NCBI GenBank assembly: GCA_000388065.2
Contig: KB932206.1
Direction: 5' to 3' (one strand)
DNA length: 64,000 bases
DNA from: Fonticula alba ATCC 38817
Taxonomy: Eukaryota; Protista; Nucleariida
A model generated the notes under the pieces. That model did not search any database and was not told the DNA's origin. It worked only from the letters and a program-made list of their open reading frames with translations. Shown one piece after another: positions 11,900 through 25,100 of the stretch; positions within the stretch are counted from its first letter, which is position 1; the number at the start of each line of letters is the position of its first letter. The position numbers were made by a program, and so were the translations under genes.

Positions 11900-14800
11900 A
11901 TGCTCCTCCTCAGGCAGTTGCTCCTGGCTTTGGCCGTCCTTACCCTGGTCCATCCGCATGCTCTTGCCGCCGAGCTGCCCAGCTTCGCCCGGACATCGAC
12001 ATCGGCCCCTGTCCCCGCATCCGCCACGGGCTCATCCTCTAGCACCTCCAGTGCCTCCAGTACGCCTGACGCCCGCATTTGCGCCTGCCTTGCCGCCGCC
12101 CAGCCCTGACCGCCCCCCCCCCCCTCCCCCGAAAGACAACCCCCCCAGTGAGCAGCAACCCTGCGCCGGGGGCCTCCTCCGCTGGCCGGATGGCACGTGC
12201 CATGAGAGCTGCGCACCTGGCACCTTCCTCCATGGAAAGCCCTTCCCGCGGTGCCTGGCCTGCCAGGATGGGTGTCTTGCCTGCACGTCCGAGTCACGCT
12301 GCACCGACTGTCAGCCCCCCTTGCTCCTGGAACGGGGCGCCTGTGTTCCGGAATGCACCGCCGGCCAGCCGGACCCCCTGGGCACTGCGTGCATTGTGTG
12401 TCACGACCCGGGGTGTGCTCGGTGCTCCGGGCCTGGCGCCCTGCAATGCCTTGCCTGTCGAGCCGGAGCCGGTGTCCTCTCCGGCGGCCAGTGCGCGGCG
12501 GAATGCCTACCGCACAACAGCTGGTTCGCCATGGCCAACACCACGCCCGAAGAGGGGCAGCATGATGAAGAGGACAAAGATGACAGCCACAGCGATGACA
12601 CCGACGACAGCGACGACACCGACGACACCGACGACAGCGACGACAGCGACGACGATGCCACCGATTACGATGATCGCTGCGAGTCGGGCACCGACAGCGG
12701 AGACCGGAAGTGCGGTGACAGCGGCAACTGCATTCCCAATGGTGCAGGCGATTGTCCGGGCCATTCCAACGGGCAGCCTGCATCGGGCTCCCGCACCACA
12801 TACCCGACTGTGGCCGAATGCTCGCGCGTTGACCAGCACTGCTCCGCGGTCGATGGCAATGTGGCCGATCGCTGCAAGGCCTGCAAGCCTGGCTTCTTTC
12901 TCCGGTCGAGAGACCACGCGTGCACCCCCTGCCCGGATGGCTGTGCCGCATGCACCGAGGACGCCTGTGGCGCCTGTCTCGACGGCCTGATCCTCCAGCC
13001 GGAGGGACAATCTTGCGCCGACCATTGCCCCACAGGCTTCTTTCACGACTCGGCTTCGCGGGGCTGCCTGCCCTGCGAGGATGACGGGTGTGCTGCCTGT
13101 GCCGGGCCCGGCGTCGGACAATGCCTTCTCTGCCGAGGCCCCTACCTGCCCACAGCCTTGGCCCCCTCGGCATGTGTCAGCTGCGCCAAGCTGCCGGAGA
13201 GCTGTGCCCAATGCGAAAGCCCCAACCGCTGCGCCGTGTGCGCCGCCGGGTACATGCGCTTCGAGGGGGCGTGTGTGGCGGCCTGTCCGGGGGGCACCTT
13301 CGCCGAGGTGCCCTCTCGGCGGTGCATCCCCTGTCACCCGGCCTGCCTGGAGTGTCTGGGCCCCGGGGCCGACGACTGCTCGGCCTGCCAGCAGGGGTAC
13401 CTTCCCGGCCCCATGGCCGATGCCCAACGTGGAACATGTGTCCCGGAGGCCTGTCCCGACCGATTGGACCACTTCGTCCTCTACAGTGGGTCCGGCCCGG
13501 CATGCCCCTGTGGTGGCAACCCGCCCGGTGGGGCATGTGCCAGTTGCTTCGCCGGCTGCGAGCCCTGCACGACCTCCTGCCACGCGTGCCACAGCGAGTG
13601 TGCCACCTGCCGCGGGGCGGCTGGCTCCGGCTTTTGCACATCCTGCCCCTCGGGCCGTGTGCTCCAGGGCTCCCGGTGCCAGGCAGCCTGTGATGCGGGG
13701 TACTTCCCGCGAGCCGGCGCTTGCCATCCGTGCGCCGGCCAATGCACCCGGTGCTCGGCGGCCGAATGTCTGGCCTGCCCTTCGGGCATGGTGCCTCTTG
13801 GAAACCGCTGCGTGGCCTCCTGCCCGGCCGCCACGCATCTGCTCAAGGAGGGCCGCTGCATCCCCCGGCCCCGTGGCTGTGCTGAGGTTCTTGCCGATGG
13901 GCTTTCATGTGCCCGCTGCCAGCCGGGGCTCATCATCCAGCCCGATGGCGGCCACTGTGCCGCCACCTGCCCCACTGGCTGGTACCTTTCCCCCTCCACC
14001 GGGGCATGTCACCAGTGTCCGAGTGACTGTGAAAGCTGCACCGGCCGGGCCCCACCCGGTGGCAGCATGGCGCATGGCCCCTCCTCGGACCCTGTCGCAT
14101 GCCTCTCCTGCCCGGCCGGGCGGCCCTTGCGCCTGCATGGACGCTGCCTGGAGGCCTGTCCGCGGGGGCACTTCCCCCATGCCGGCCATTGCCTGCCCTG
14201 CTTGCCCGAGTGCGACACATGCACCAATGGCAGGACCTGTGACACGTGTGCCGGAACTCTGCTGAGCTTCGAGGGGCTCTGCTTTGGCCATGTGCCCGAC
14301 GGGCTGTACAGGACCCCTGGCGACAACCGGATGGAGCGCTGTCCGGCCGGGTGCGCGCGCTGCACCGCCAGCCACCCCGCCGGCCAGCAATCGGCTCGCT
14401 GTGTCGAATGCCTGCCGGGCTTCTGGCCGCAGCTTGATGACACCTGCTCTCGGGCTGGCTGCCCGACTGGCACGACACCGGATGAGGCCTCGGGACAGTG
14501 CGCGCCGTGCCCGGCCGGCTGTGCTCATTGCACGGATGCCGACACATGCGCCATTTGCCAGGCCCCACTCTACCTGGCAGGAGGTGCTTGTGTGGTGGCC
14601 TGCCCGGAGGGCATGGCCCCGGAGCCGGCCCGACCGGAAGATGTCCCGGCCACCGGGCCCGGAGGCGTGTGCCTTTGCTCGGCCAGTCCAGGGTCCGGGC
14701 CCGGGGACTGTGCCACGCCCACATGCCCCCCGGGCGAGACTCTTCACCATGGGGCCTGCCATGCGTGTCCGGAGGGATGCGCAGAGTGCGTGCCTCGCAG

Positions 14801-15610
14801 CAACCGCGAGGGGAGCCCCTGCTGCCGGCGCTGCTTGCCCGGGTTCCTGCTCTTCGAGGGCCTATGCCAGCCGGACGTCTGCCCGGCAGGCTCCGTGCAA
14901 TTGGACCCTCACCTCGGGGAATGTGTCCGGTGTCCGGAGGGGTGTGCCACATGCACATGCTCCCGCCGGACCGACGCACACTGCTGCCAGACCTGCTTCG
15001 CCGGACACCTGCTCTTCGAGGGGACTTGCCATCACACCACTTGCCCCGAGGGCACCTTCCCCGAAGATGGCGTCTGTGTGGGCTGCGCCCCGGGCTGCAT
15101 CGAATGCCAGGATGCCACGCCGCAAGCGTGCGCCGAGTGGGATCCCGCCTTCCGGAAGGGTATGTCACTCTTTGTCGGTTTGTGTTTTGGGCCGGGGAGG
15201 GCTTGATCGCGCACGCGCACAAGCACACACACACACACACACACACACAGCACCAGGCCTTTTCCCGCATTCTCTCAACTCCAGCCAGGAGCATTTTCTC
15301 ACATCATCCGCTGGCTATTGCTTGGGGCTTGGGCACTGGGGCGCCGGACCGGGATGATCCCATCGCGTCCTCGGTCGGACTCCGATTTGGTGGCACTCAT
15401 CTAGCCGTGCCTCGGGGCGCGATCGCCGGCCTGGCAGTCGGCATGGTGGCCGCCGCTGTCCTCCTGTCTGCCCTCGTCCTGGCCACCCTGAAGATGGTCA
15501 TTGTTCGTGGCACCAAGAAGGCCAACTCCAATACGTCGATAGTACGTGACGGCGTGCATGCCTTGGCCAAGCGCATGGCGCCTGCTTTTTTCCCGTCCCT
15601 CTCCCGGTGA
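11900..15610 (+). CDS. Type I membrane protein with about 18-20 furin-like Cys-rich repeats; exons 11900-12059, 12136-15159, 15285-15610
   Basis: Signal peptide MLLLRQLLLALAVLTLVHPHALA, Ser/Thr stalk, CxxCxxxCxxC...C..CP.G repeats, TM GAIAGLAVGMVAAAVLLSALVLATL and a short basic tail. Both introns are phase 1 (GTACGC..AAG, GTATGT..CAG) and restore the frame. Confidence 0.88.
12591..12653 (+). repeat. Coding 9-bp tandem repeat x7 (S/T-D-D)
   Basis: agcgatgac accgacgac agcgacgac accgacgac accgacgac agcgacgac agcgacgac. Confidence 0.9.
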
Positions 15611-16102
15611 TCTCGTTGCCTTTCCGGTGCGGGTGGTTTCCCCGGTGACTGACACCCTTGCATCCCCCACTCCACACCTATTTAGGAGATGATTTAATGT
15701 CACCCCTGGCGTAAGCTATCCGCCCTCTCGCCCTGCCGGCCGCGTTGGCCTCCAGATGATGCCCCATCTGGTGTTTCCTATTGCCCTTGCTCTTGTGTCT
15801 TCTGCCTTGCCCCTGCCCGTTCCTCGACTCAATGGAAACCCCGGCCAATATAAAAAAGGTAAAGCCCCAGCCCTATCCATGGCGCCGGTTCATTTGGCTG
15901 GCGAGGGGCCACACCGCAGCAGACAGGAGGCTCGCCAAATTGACAACGCGAAAGGCTGGGAAATCGGAGGGCGGGGGGGGGGGGCGGCCACCCCGGCTTG
16001 AGAAGTTGACAGACAGGGGACCGGACCCGAGGATCAAGGGCCCATCAGGAGACAGAGCACCGGTCCAGCCGGCGAGGCGACACGGCGTCTGTTGGCCACC
16101 AA

Positions 16103-19100
16103 TCAGGCGATGATCATGTCCGCAGGCACATTCATCTCGAAGGAGCCGATCGAATTGCGGACCTTGCGCTGAGCTGCGCGGTTCTTGAGGACCACAAAGA
16201 CGACGATCGCCACAACAATCAGCAACAGGGGAATGCCAATAGCCAGGCCAAGGATCAAGGGCACTGCGTGATGGCGGGGCAGGGCGGGGCGGGGCGAGGG
16301 GAGGGGGACACAGGGAGGCCGGGATTTGGCGGAGAAGCCCATTGTCAGATCGTGCCAAGGGAGGCTGCTGGCGAGGCGTAAAACATGTCCATAAGCATGC
16401 ATCTCCTCCAGAGAGGGAAATACACCCCGAGAGACGGATGAAAATGGTGTCTTTCGAATGGGCGGAAGGGCGGGGGAGATGGTGGAACAGGTAACGTACA
16501 GTTGCTCCTCGCGGCGCAGCCACCGCTGTCGCTGCAGTCGGGCGGGCCGCTGCAGCCCTGATCATTGGGCCCGGTGCAGCTGGGGCAGGAGGCATTGCAC
16601 TGGGCGCACTTGCCAGCCGCCACCACGGCATACCAGCCCCCGGGGCAGGTTGCCACACATGAGGCGGAGCCTGGCCCCACCAACAGGAGCTTGCCGGCCT
16701 CGCACGAGACGCACTGCTCGGGCGACCCCGGGCACGAGGCACAGCCTGCCGGGCAGGGCAAGCAAGCGCGCGCAGCCGGGTCGGTGTGCCAGCCCATCGG
16801 ACACTCGGTCTCCTCCGCCGGCAGGCATGTCCCCTCTCCGGTCAACAGGAGCCGATCGTCAAGGCATGCCCCGCACTCGGCCGGAGTGGTTCCCGTGCAG
16901 GCGGCACACCCGGCCGAGCAGGGCCTACAGCGCTCGGCACTTGGAGACTCGTCGAAGAACCATCCTGACGGGCAGGCCAGGCTGCCAGGCGGCAGGCAGG
17001 TCCCCTCGCCCTCAAGCTGCAGGCGGCCCTCGGCGCAGGAATCGCACTCCGAGGCGCCGGGGCCACGGCACTTGGCACAGCCCTCGGCGCAGGCATTGCA
17101 ACGCTTGGCGTCCAGGAGATCGACGAGCCAGCCGGCCGGGCAAGCGGCTTCTCCGGCGGGCAGGCAGGTCCCCTGGCCGGCGAGCAGCAGCCGATCATCG
17201 AGGCAGGACAGACACTCACCCGGGGTGGATCCCGTGCATGAGGCACAGTCGGCGGAGCAGGATCCACAATGTGTGTTGCCTGTCGACCCATCGAGGAACC
17301 ATCCGGCCGGGCAGGCTGTCACCCCGGCCGGCAGGCAGGTCCCCTCGCCGCGGAGCTGAAGGCGGTTGTCTGCACAGACCTGGCAAGCCCCGGCGGTCGG
17401 CCCGGTGCATGTGTCACACCCCTCGGCACAGGGGCCGCACATGTTGCTCCGCTCGGCATGCCGATACCAACCGCTCGGGCAGTCGGTGATGCCGGCCGGG
17501 AGACACGTACCGGCGCCCTCCAGCTGGAGGTGCCCCGAAGCACAAGATTGACACTCAGACACGGCAGACCCGGTGCAGACGTCACACCCCTCGGCACAGG
17601 CTCCACAGACCCCCTCGTCCGAGGAGGCCAGGAACCAGCCAGCCGGGCAATCGACTTGCCCCGCTGGCAGGCAGGTGCCCTCGCCCTCAAGTTGCAGACG
17701 CCCCCCGGCGCATGTGACACAATCCGAGGCACCCAACCCGTGGCAAGTGTGACAGCCCTCGGCGCAGGGGCCACATTGTCTGGCGGTGGAGTTGCTTGCG
17801 AACCAGCCGGCCGGGCAGGTGGTCTCCTCGGCCGGCAGGCAGGTGCCCTCGCCAAGCAGCAACAGCCGGTCGTCCATGCAGCCGGTGCAGGCTGCCGGCT
17901 GCGATCCCGTACAGACGGCACAATCGCCGGCGCAGGCGACACAGCGCTTGGCCTGAGGGTCCTCCAGGAACCAGCCGGCGGGGCAGTCGGCCTGCTCGAT
18001 CGGCAGGCAGGTGCCCACGCCGTGCAGCAGCAGGCGCCCATCGACGCAGGCCTCGCACTCGGCCGCCGATGGCCCGGTACAGGCGTCACAGTCGGACATG
18101 CAGGCGGAGCACTCCACGCCATGGCCGCGGTCGTCCTTGAAAAAGCCCCCCGGGCAGCTGCTCACACAGGCGCCCTGATGGAGGAACGTGCCATCGGCCT
18201 CGGGACATGCCGTGCACTGATCAGCCCCGGCACCGATATGGCACTCGGCGCAGGTGGCATGACAGGCGACGCAGAACTCCGCCGACAGAAGGGGATCCGT
18301 TTCGACAAACTCGCCGGCCGGGCAAGAATCCACACACCGGCCCGGCAGGCTGGACGTCAGCTTCCGGCCAGCAGGGCAGGATGTGCAGTCGTCCTGCGTC
18401 CCGGAGCACGTTCGACACTCGGCCAGACAGGGCAGGCATGCGCCAGTTCCCGGCAGCATACCGGCCACCGGGAAGAACCCCTCCCCGCAGGTGGCCACAC
18501 AGCCATCCACCGGGTGAAGGAGCAGATCCCCGAAGCACCGCTGGCAGTGGACGACCCCCGGGCCGGTGCACTCCATGCACCGGTCCATGCACCGGGCGCA
18601 AAGCGCCCCCTCGGCTTCCACCCTGGAGAAGGTGGCCTCCGGGCAGGTGGGCAAGCACTGGCCAAGCCAAAGACCCCCGGTGGGGGGTGCTCCTTCGCGG
18701 GCCGCCGAGCACCCGGTGCACTGGCTGTCCCAGGCTCCGGCGCACCCGGCGCAAGTCCCATCACAGGCGATGCACTGGCCGAAGAGTGCCACCATGCCGG
18801 CAGGGCAGGATGCCATGCATCGGCCCTGGAACCATGCGTGGCCGGCCGCGCACGACACACAGTCACCGGGCCCCGGCCCGGTACACGTCCCACAGGATTC
18901 GTCACAGGCATGGCACTCGGCGACGCCGTCGTCATTCGTCCCGGCGAAGAACCCCACAGTCGGGCAGGCATCCAGGCAGACCCCCGCCACAAGGACCTTC
19001 GTCCCGTCGCAGGAAAGGCAGGCACTGACGCCGATGGAGCTGCAGGTCTTGCAGGAGAGGAAGCACTCCTGGCAGCTGGCCTCATCGACACTCAGGTACG

Positions 19101-22100
19101 TGCCATCCGGGCAGCCCTGGCCCAAGGGGGTGCACTCATTGGACCGGGCCAGGAGCTTGCGCCCGGCGGCGCACTGAATGCAAAGGTCGCCATTGCACCG
19201 CTCGCATCCATCCACTGGACAAGTGGGGCATGCGGTCCCGCCCCCCGGGCAGGGGGCCAGCTCGCACCGACCCTCCGCCGTGCGGTCGGCCCCATTGACA
19301 CAGGCATCGCACTTCGGCGAGGCGGCCGACCCGGAGCAAGTGGAGCACAAATTGGGGCACCGCTCGCACACCTGCCCCCCGCCGGACGCGCGCTTGTCCA
19401 CGGCAATGAACTGCGGCGGGCAGGCCGGCAGGCAGTACACCCCATACTGGAAGTAGTTGTCTCGGCAGGTGAGGCACTCGGTCGAGCTCGGCCCATGGCA
19501 GGACCCGCAATTGGAGTGGCACTTGATGCAGCTCGTGCCCGGGGCCGCGAGGGTGCTGCCCGGTGCGCACGCCAGACATACCGCCCCGGGGGCATCGCTC
19601 ATGCATGTGGCGCAATTCGGGTCGGCACAGGGCAGGCATCGGGACTGCGATGCATTGAGCCCGGTGCCTGCGGGGCAGCCGGCCACACAGGGCCCGGAAT
19701 CATCCAGCCCCACGCGAAGCCAACCCCCGGCGCAGGCAAGACACTCGTCTGCCGAGGGCCCGGTGCAGCCACTGCACCCCGGGTGGCAGGGGCGACACTC
19801 GCCGACGCGCGGATCCCCCAATCCCCGGGCCAGATACTGGTTGTCGCCCAGGCAGGTGGCACACTGATCCGGCTCGAAGCCGACACATGTGTCGCAGCCA
19901 GCCGGACAGGACACGCAGCGGGTCCCGTCCTTGGAGAGCCGGAAGGCCCCGGTACAGGCGACCACACACTCGCCAGCCTGGTACAGCAGACCGCCCCGGC
20001 AGGAGGCACACGCGCCCGGGCGTGAGGACGAGCAGGTTTCACACGCCGGGCCGCAAGCGGCGCAGGAAGGCTCGACCGAGGGCCAGCCCAGCGGCTCGGT
20101 GGCTACCGGCAGCAGGCCCACCTGACAGACACACATCGTGCCGTTGGACTCCATGCCGTTGGGGCAGGCGCAATCTCCAAGCGGACTGGCCGTCGGGTCC
20201 ACCGGCCGGGCATGCTGGACACACTCGCATTGATCGGTGGCCCTGTTCAAACGTTGCGATGCCCCGGTGCAGAAGCACTCAAGGGTCACCTCATCGAAGT
20301 GCGTGCCGACAGGGCACCAGGATGCCATATTTCCCCGGCGACTGAGCACAGTGAGGCCGGCCATGCCGCCGGCTGGGGCCCTATCCACCATCACCAGATC
20401 CACCATGCCGTCATTGTTGACATCGGCCAGGAAGAGATCGCTGCCGGTGGCACTGGACGAAACGGCACCCGTGCCATGGCCACCGGCCGCCAGGACCAAG
20501 CGCCGGAAGGGGATGGCCTGGTCGCGCGAAGGCACTGACAGGTAGACAACCACACGACCGGAGGCACGGTCATGCGCCAAGAGATCCACCAACCCATCGG
20601 CATTGAAGTCGCCAGATTGAACGACGGTCGTCGGAGGCAGTGGCTGATGCTCCACCACCTGGATGGCGCAGCCACCAAAGTCCGGGCGCCCGGTGCGGTT
20701 CTCCCGCGGGCCCCAGCGTGCCGGGGGGGAGCCAGCCGCCACCGGCAGAGGGGTGGTCTTGAGTTGCTCGAAGGTGACCATGTGCCCGGCGATGCACTCA
20801 TTCGTGTAGATGACGATGCTGCTGTGCGCGCCATCGGCCCAGACCAACACCAACTCCGGCGTGTGATGCGAATATCGCCGCACGGAAAGGGCCTGGTGGA
20901 CCTCATCCCCAAGTGGCAGCATGCCCTGCCCGGTCAATGTCTTGCTGGAAACAAAGAGCAGGCCCGGGCCCCAGGCAGCCGGGCTCTCGGGGAAGGCCGA
21001 TTGCACCGAGGGCAGATTCACCACCAGGGAGTCGGAAAAGGAGCCCATCGGCTGGAAGTTGACGCGCGGCCGGTCCTCCGGCAGGGTCAGCATGATATGG
21101 GTCCCGCCAGTGTCATCGCCGCTGTATCCCAGGGCGCCAATGGGCAGGATCACACGCAGGGATCGCGCGGCCGGTGGCGGACTCCCCGGCCCGGGGGTGG
21201 ATAGCATGGCGATTTCCGGATGGCGGCTTTCCAGCGCCGGGAAGGAAATGTCTGCCGCCTCGATGGGCAGGCCCAAGCTCAGGCAGGCCAGCGGCTGGTC
21301 GAAGGTGAAGTGCTCCAGGCTGGCCAGCTCCGGCGCCATGATCATGACATCGAGCACGGATCGGACCTCCAGAGGCGCCATGCTCGGGCTGAGCACCTTT
21401 TGATGGCCCACAGACGGCCGGCCTTGGATATTGGCCGTCACCTGGGCCAGGATTGTGGCCTGCTCCAGGTAGCTCGACAACTCGATGGCAAAGCCCTCGG
21501 AAGCCGGGCTACCACCGGGCACCTCCTCCAGTGCGGGTGGCGGGACCTCATTCAGATCCACGAGCCAGGGCTTACGGGCCGTGGCGTGCATCGATGCCAA
21601 GGATCGAATCAATGTCACTTCGCTGGAAAGGAGGGAAAACGGAGAGTTGGTGGCCGAGGCACCGATGTCCATGCTACTGTGAACTAAATCAAGCGCAGGC
21701 CCCGGGCCGCCGGCGATGCGAGCCCCGGCCGGGGGGCTCGTCATCGCCTCGGCCGGGCAGGATGGCAACAGCTCCGAATGCAGGTCCCGCAGGTTTACCC
21801 GGCCCGGCTTGCCTGGCTGGCCGGAGGGAAGGAACCGAGACACCGGGACCAGGGTCACAACATCGCCAGGGGTCCTGCCCGCCTGCTGGAAGTAGCCCAT
21901 GACCGAGTGATGGACCGTGGCAATGGCCCACGGATGTGTCCCGCCAATTACCGGTGCCAGACGAGTCCGGGAGATCCCCCGCACGCGGAAGTCCTCCCAC
22001 CCGGCCGCCGGGATGCTTACATGCGAGGCAATCCACTCGTCCTCGGCTTGGGCCAGTTCGCACATGCCATTGGATACGGGCGCATCGGCATCGGGGCAGC

Positions 22101-25100
22101 CGGCGGCGCATTCGCCCGATGGCGTCAGCAGGAACCCCTCATGGCATGTAATACACCGACTGGCCATGCATGCGGCGCAGTTGTCCACCGGGCAGGCCGC
22201 ACAGGCTGCCGGCAAGGAGGGCGGCGGGAGGTCGGACATGCGTTGTCGGAGGGCGCGTCAGCGGGCCGGTGGGGGGCGTACCGCACAGGGCGAAGGAGGG
22301 GGGGGGGGGGGGGGGCGAGGGAACAGGCATGAGGGCAGGGTGGCAAGCGCACTGTCATCAGATCCGCAGGTCGAGCAGGGGGGCTCCCCGATCGGAGACA
22401 GGTATCCCGGCTGACAAGCACATAGCTTGTCCACGGTCAAGGTCGTCGGCCGGGGCGGGGTGTTCGGGCAACCGGGGTCCAGGGGAGCGCAAATGGCCTC
22501 CGCGGACCAGGCACCAGGCACCGTGCATGTGCCCAGACGGCCGCATGCACAGCCATTCTTCGGTGAAGCCCGACGGAAGGCAGTCAACGAGCCAAGATGC
22601 TTGTCAAAGAGAACGAGGGCCGTGTCGGATTCCGGGTCCGGGCCCAGCTGGACGCTGATCAAGCTGAGGGAAGTGGCCGGAGTGGGGAGCCCATCCGGCG
22701 GGAGGAAGCCGCTGGCCCGAAGTGGCACCGCCGGCTCCACCTCCAGGCGCACCTGATCCGAACCGGGGGCCAGGCGCAGCGTGGCCACATACAACCAGTG
22801 GCCATCGAAGAGGGCCACCTGCACGCGATCGTGACGGATCCCCTGTTGGATTGGCTGCACCACCAGTGGAGCCGCCGGCGTGCCAGCGGGCCAACGGAAA
22901 TCCGACGGCCGGAGAAGCGCCAGCGGAGGCTCCGCGGAAAATGCCGGGCCCGAACTACCACCAGCCGGGCGTGACCGCAACAGCAGCAGTACCGGATCCC
23001 CGGCGGCCGGGGCCATCGGCACCAGGAGCATCGGCGACCGGCCGCCATCCGGACCGGCTGGCAGCGGGAACAAATGCCCACAGGGGATCGGCCCCGGGAT
23101 CAACGGCTGGAAGCCCATGGCCCCGAGGGGGGAATCCATCAGCGCCTGGGGCACCCAATCTACCTGGCAGGCGGCATCATCGGGCCCGACCGATGAGACA
23201 GCCACCCACCGGTCGGTACCGGCGGCATTGTCAGCCTCGAGCCAGGCCGATGCGCGCAGATGCCGACCGACAGGGGCTGCTCCGCGCTGGAGCATTTCCA
23301 TCGGAAGATGGAAGGACGGCCGATCGGCATCGATGGACAACTGCCCGGAGTGACGATCCAGCCCGACAGCCTTGGACGCGGCCCGGGTACAGCTCAGCCC
23401 ATCCTCGCTCTCGCGAAGGCACAGCAAGCCGCCCTGCCCGGCCACGGCCATGTCCCACGCCTGGCCCTGGCGCCAGTACCGGGCGACCGCCATGCTGGTC
23501 AGCCTGCTCGAATGCCAAACCAGCGCCCCACCGGAGGCCGATTCCGACAGCGACACAAAGAGCGGCTGGCCGGTGCCATCCTCCAGCAGGAGGGCCTCAA
23601 TGTCGGCGTGCGGGGAGATGGAATACTCCATGGCCGCGGTGAGCTCGGCCACTCGGGTGCGAATGGCGTGCACCGAATGCGCCGACACGGTTCGAATACC
23701 GGTCAGGAAGCTGCTGCCCACATTCAGCGCCGCCCCGGCCTGGTAGAATGGCCGCTCGGGCGGGGGGAAGACCACGGTGACCGGGCCCTCGGCCGGGAGG
23801 GGCGTATCACAGCGACCCTCGCCCAACATCATGCCTGCCGGGCAGCTTGTGCAGGCGTCCGGGCCGGCGGCCTTGCAGTTGCGGCAGCTGGCATGGCAAG
23901 GAGCACAATTGCCATCTTGAAGGTGCGGAAATGCGGAATGAACCAAAGAGTGGGCAAGGCATGGGAGCGGGGGGTCCGGGGGGGGGGGGGGGGGGGGGGA
24001 GCGCAGGGGGAAACGGCGCGAGGGAATCAGAATGGCAGGCGTGGGAGGAGAAACGACCAATCCCGGGCAAGGGAGGGACATCCTCCCCGGGGACCATGCC
24101 TTGCGTACCTGGCAGCTGGAAGAAGCCCTCGCGGCAGAACTCACACGGCGCTACCCGATGCTCGGTGTCCATATTTTCGAAGAGACACTCGCACACCGGG
24201 GGAGCCAAGTCGCCAGCCGGGTGCGTGCAGCGCCCGGCTCGGCCACACAGGCACGCACCGGGCTCCGCGGCAGACGCTTTCAGCGAGTAGACTTGCACCG
24301 TGCGACCGGTGGTCGAATGCGCCAGGGCCATGTCCGGCCGACCGTCACCGTCGAAGTCGCCAAAAGCAATGGACACCCACACCCCCTCGGGGTCGGGGGA
24401 AACACGCGGCGGCAGCAGGGCAAAGGCCCCCACGGAGAGGGCCATCCGCGGGTAGGGCACATGCTTCAGTGGACCGGGGATCAGCCAAACCCCGGTGCCG
24501 AAGGCCACCGCCAAGTGGTCATGCGTCCGGGACATGAGACGAACTTGCGCGGCCTTGGGAACCATCTCCGCGTGGGCCCTGTCCGGCCCGGCATAGATGT
24601 CCGACAGCCAAATTTGGGTGGCGACGAAGTTCGAAGAGGACAGGAAGAAGACCGCCTGCGGCATCGTCCCGGTCCCGAGGCCGGAGATGACCACCGCATC
24701 CGAGGCATCGCCATCGCCATCAAAATCGCCGACCAACAACTGGCCCACCACGATGTCCGACGGCAGACGGCCCAGCTGCCGGAAGGTGGCCGGGGCCGCG
24801 GGGTTCATGCTAAAATCGTCCACCTGCACCAGGTACAGGTACCCGGGGCTGGCGATCGGCTCGCCCAGGAAGAGGGCACTCAGGCGCCCATCGCCACGTC
24901 GATCGACGGGTGCCATGTGACGCACGGCCCGATACACGTTGGGTAGCTTCATCTCCAGCGCCAGGGTGTTGAAGGAAAGGGGCTTCAGCAGGAAGGACCC
25001 GTCAGTCACATCGGCCGTCAGGATGCCGGACACGGTCATGTCGTTGATGGTGGCCGACACAATGACCGGAGACGCGAGGCTCGAGAAGTGCTCCCCCTTC

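Noticed and set aside
17269-20025. 918-aa plus-strand ORF, and similar long antisense ORFs (1419-3272, 4301-6262, 4584-6101, 12507-13838, 57879-59636)
   Set aside because: These are shadow ORFs of GC3-rich genes on the opposite strand and have no recognisable motifs.
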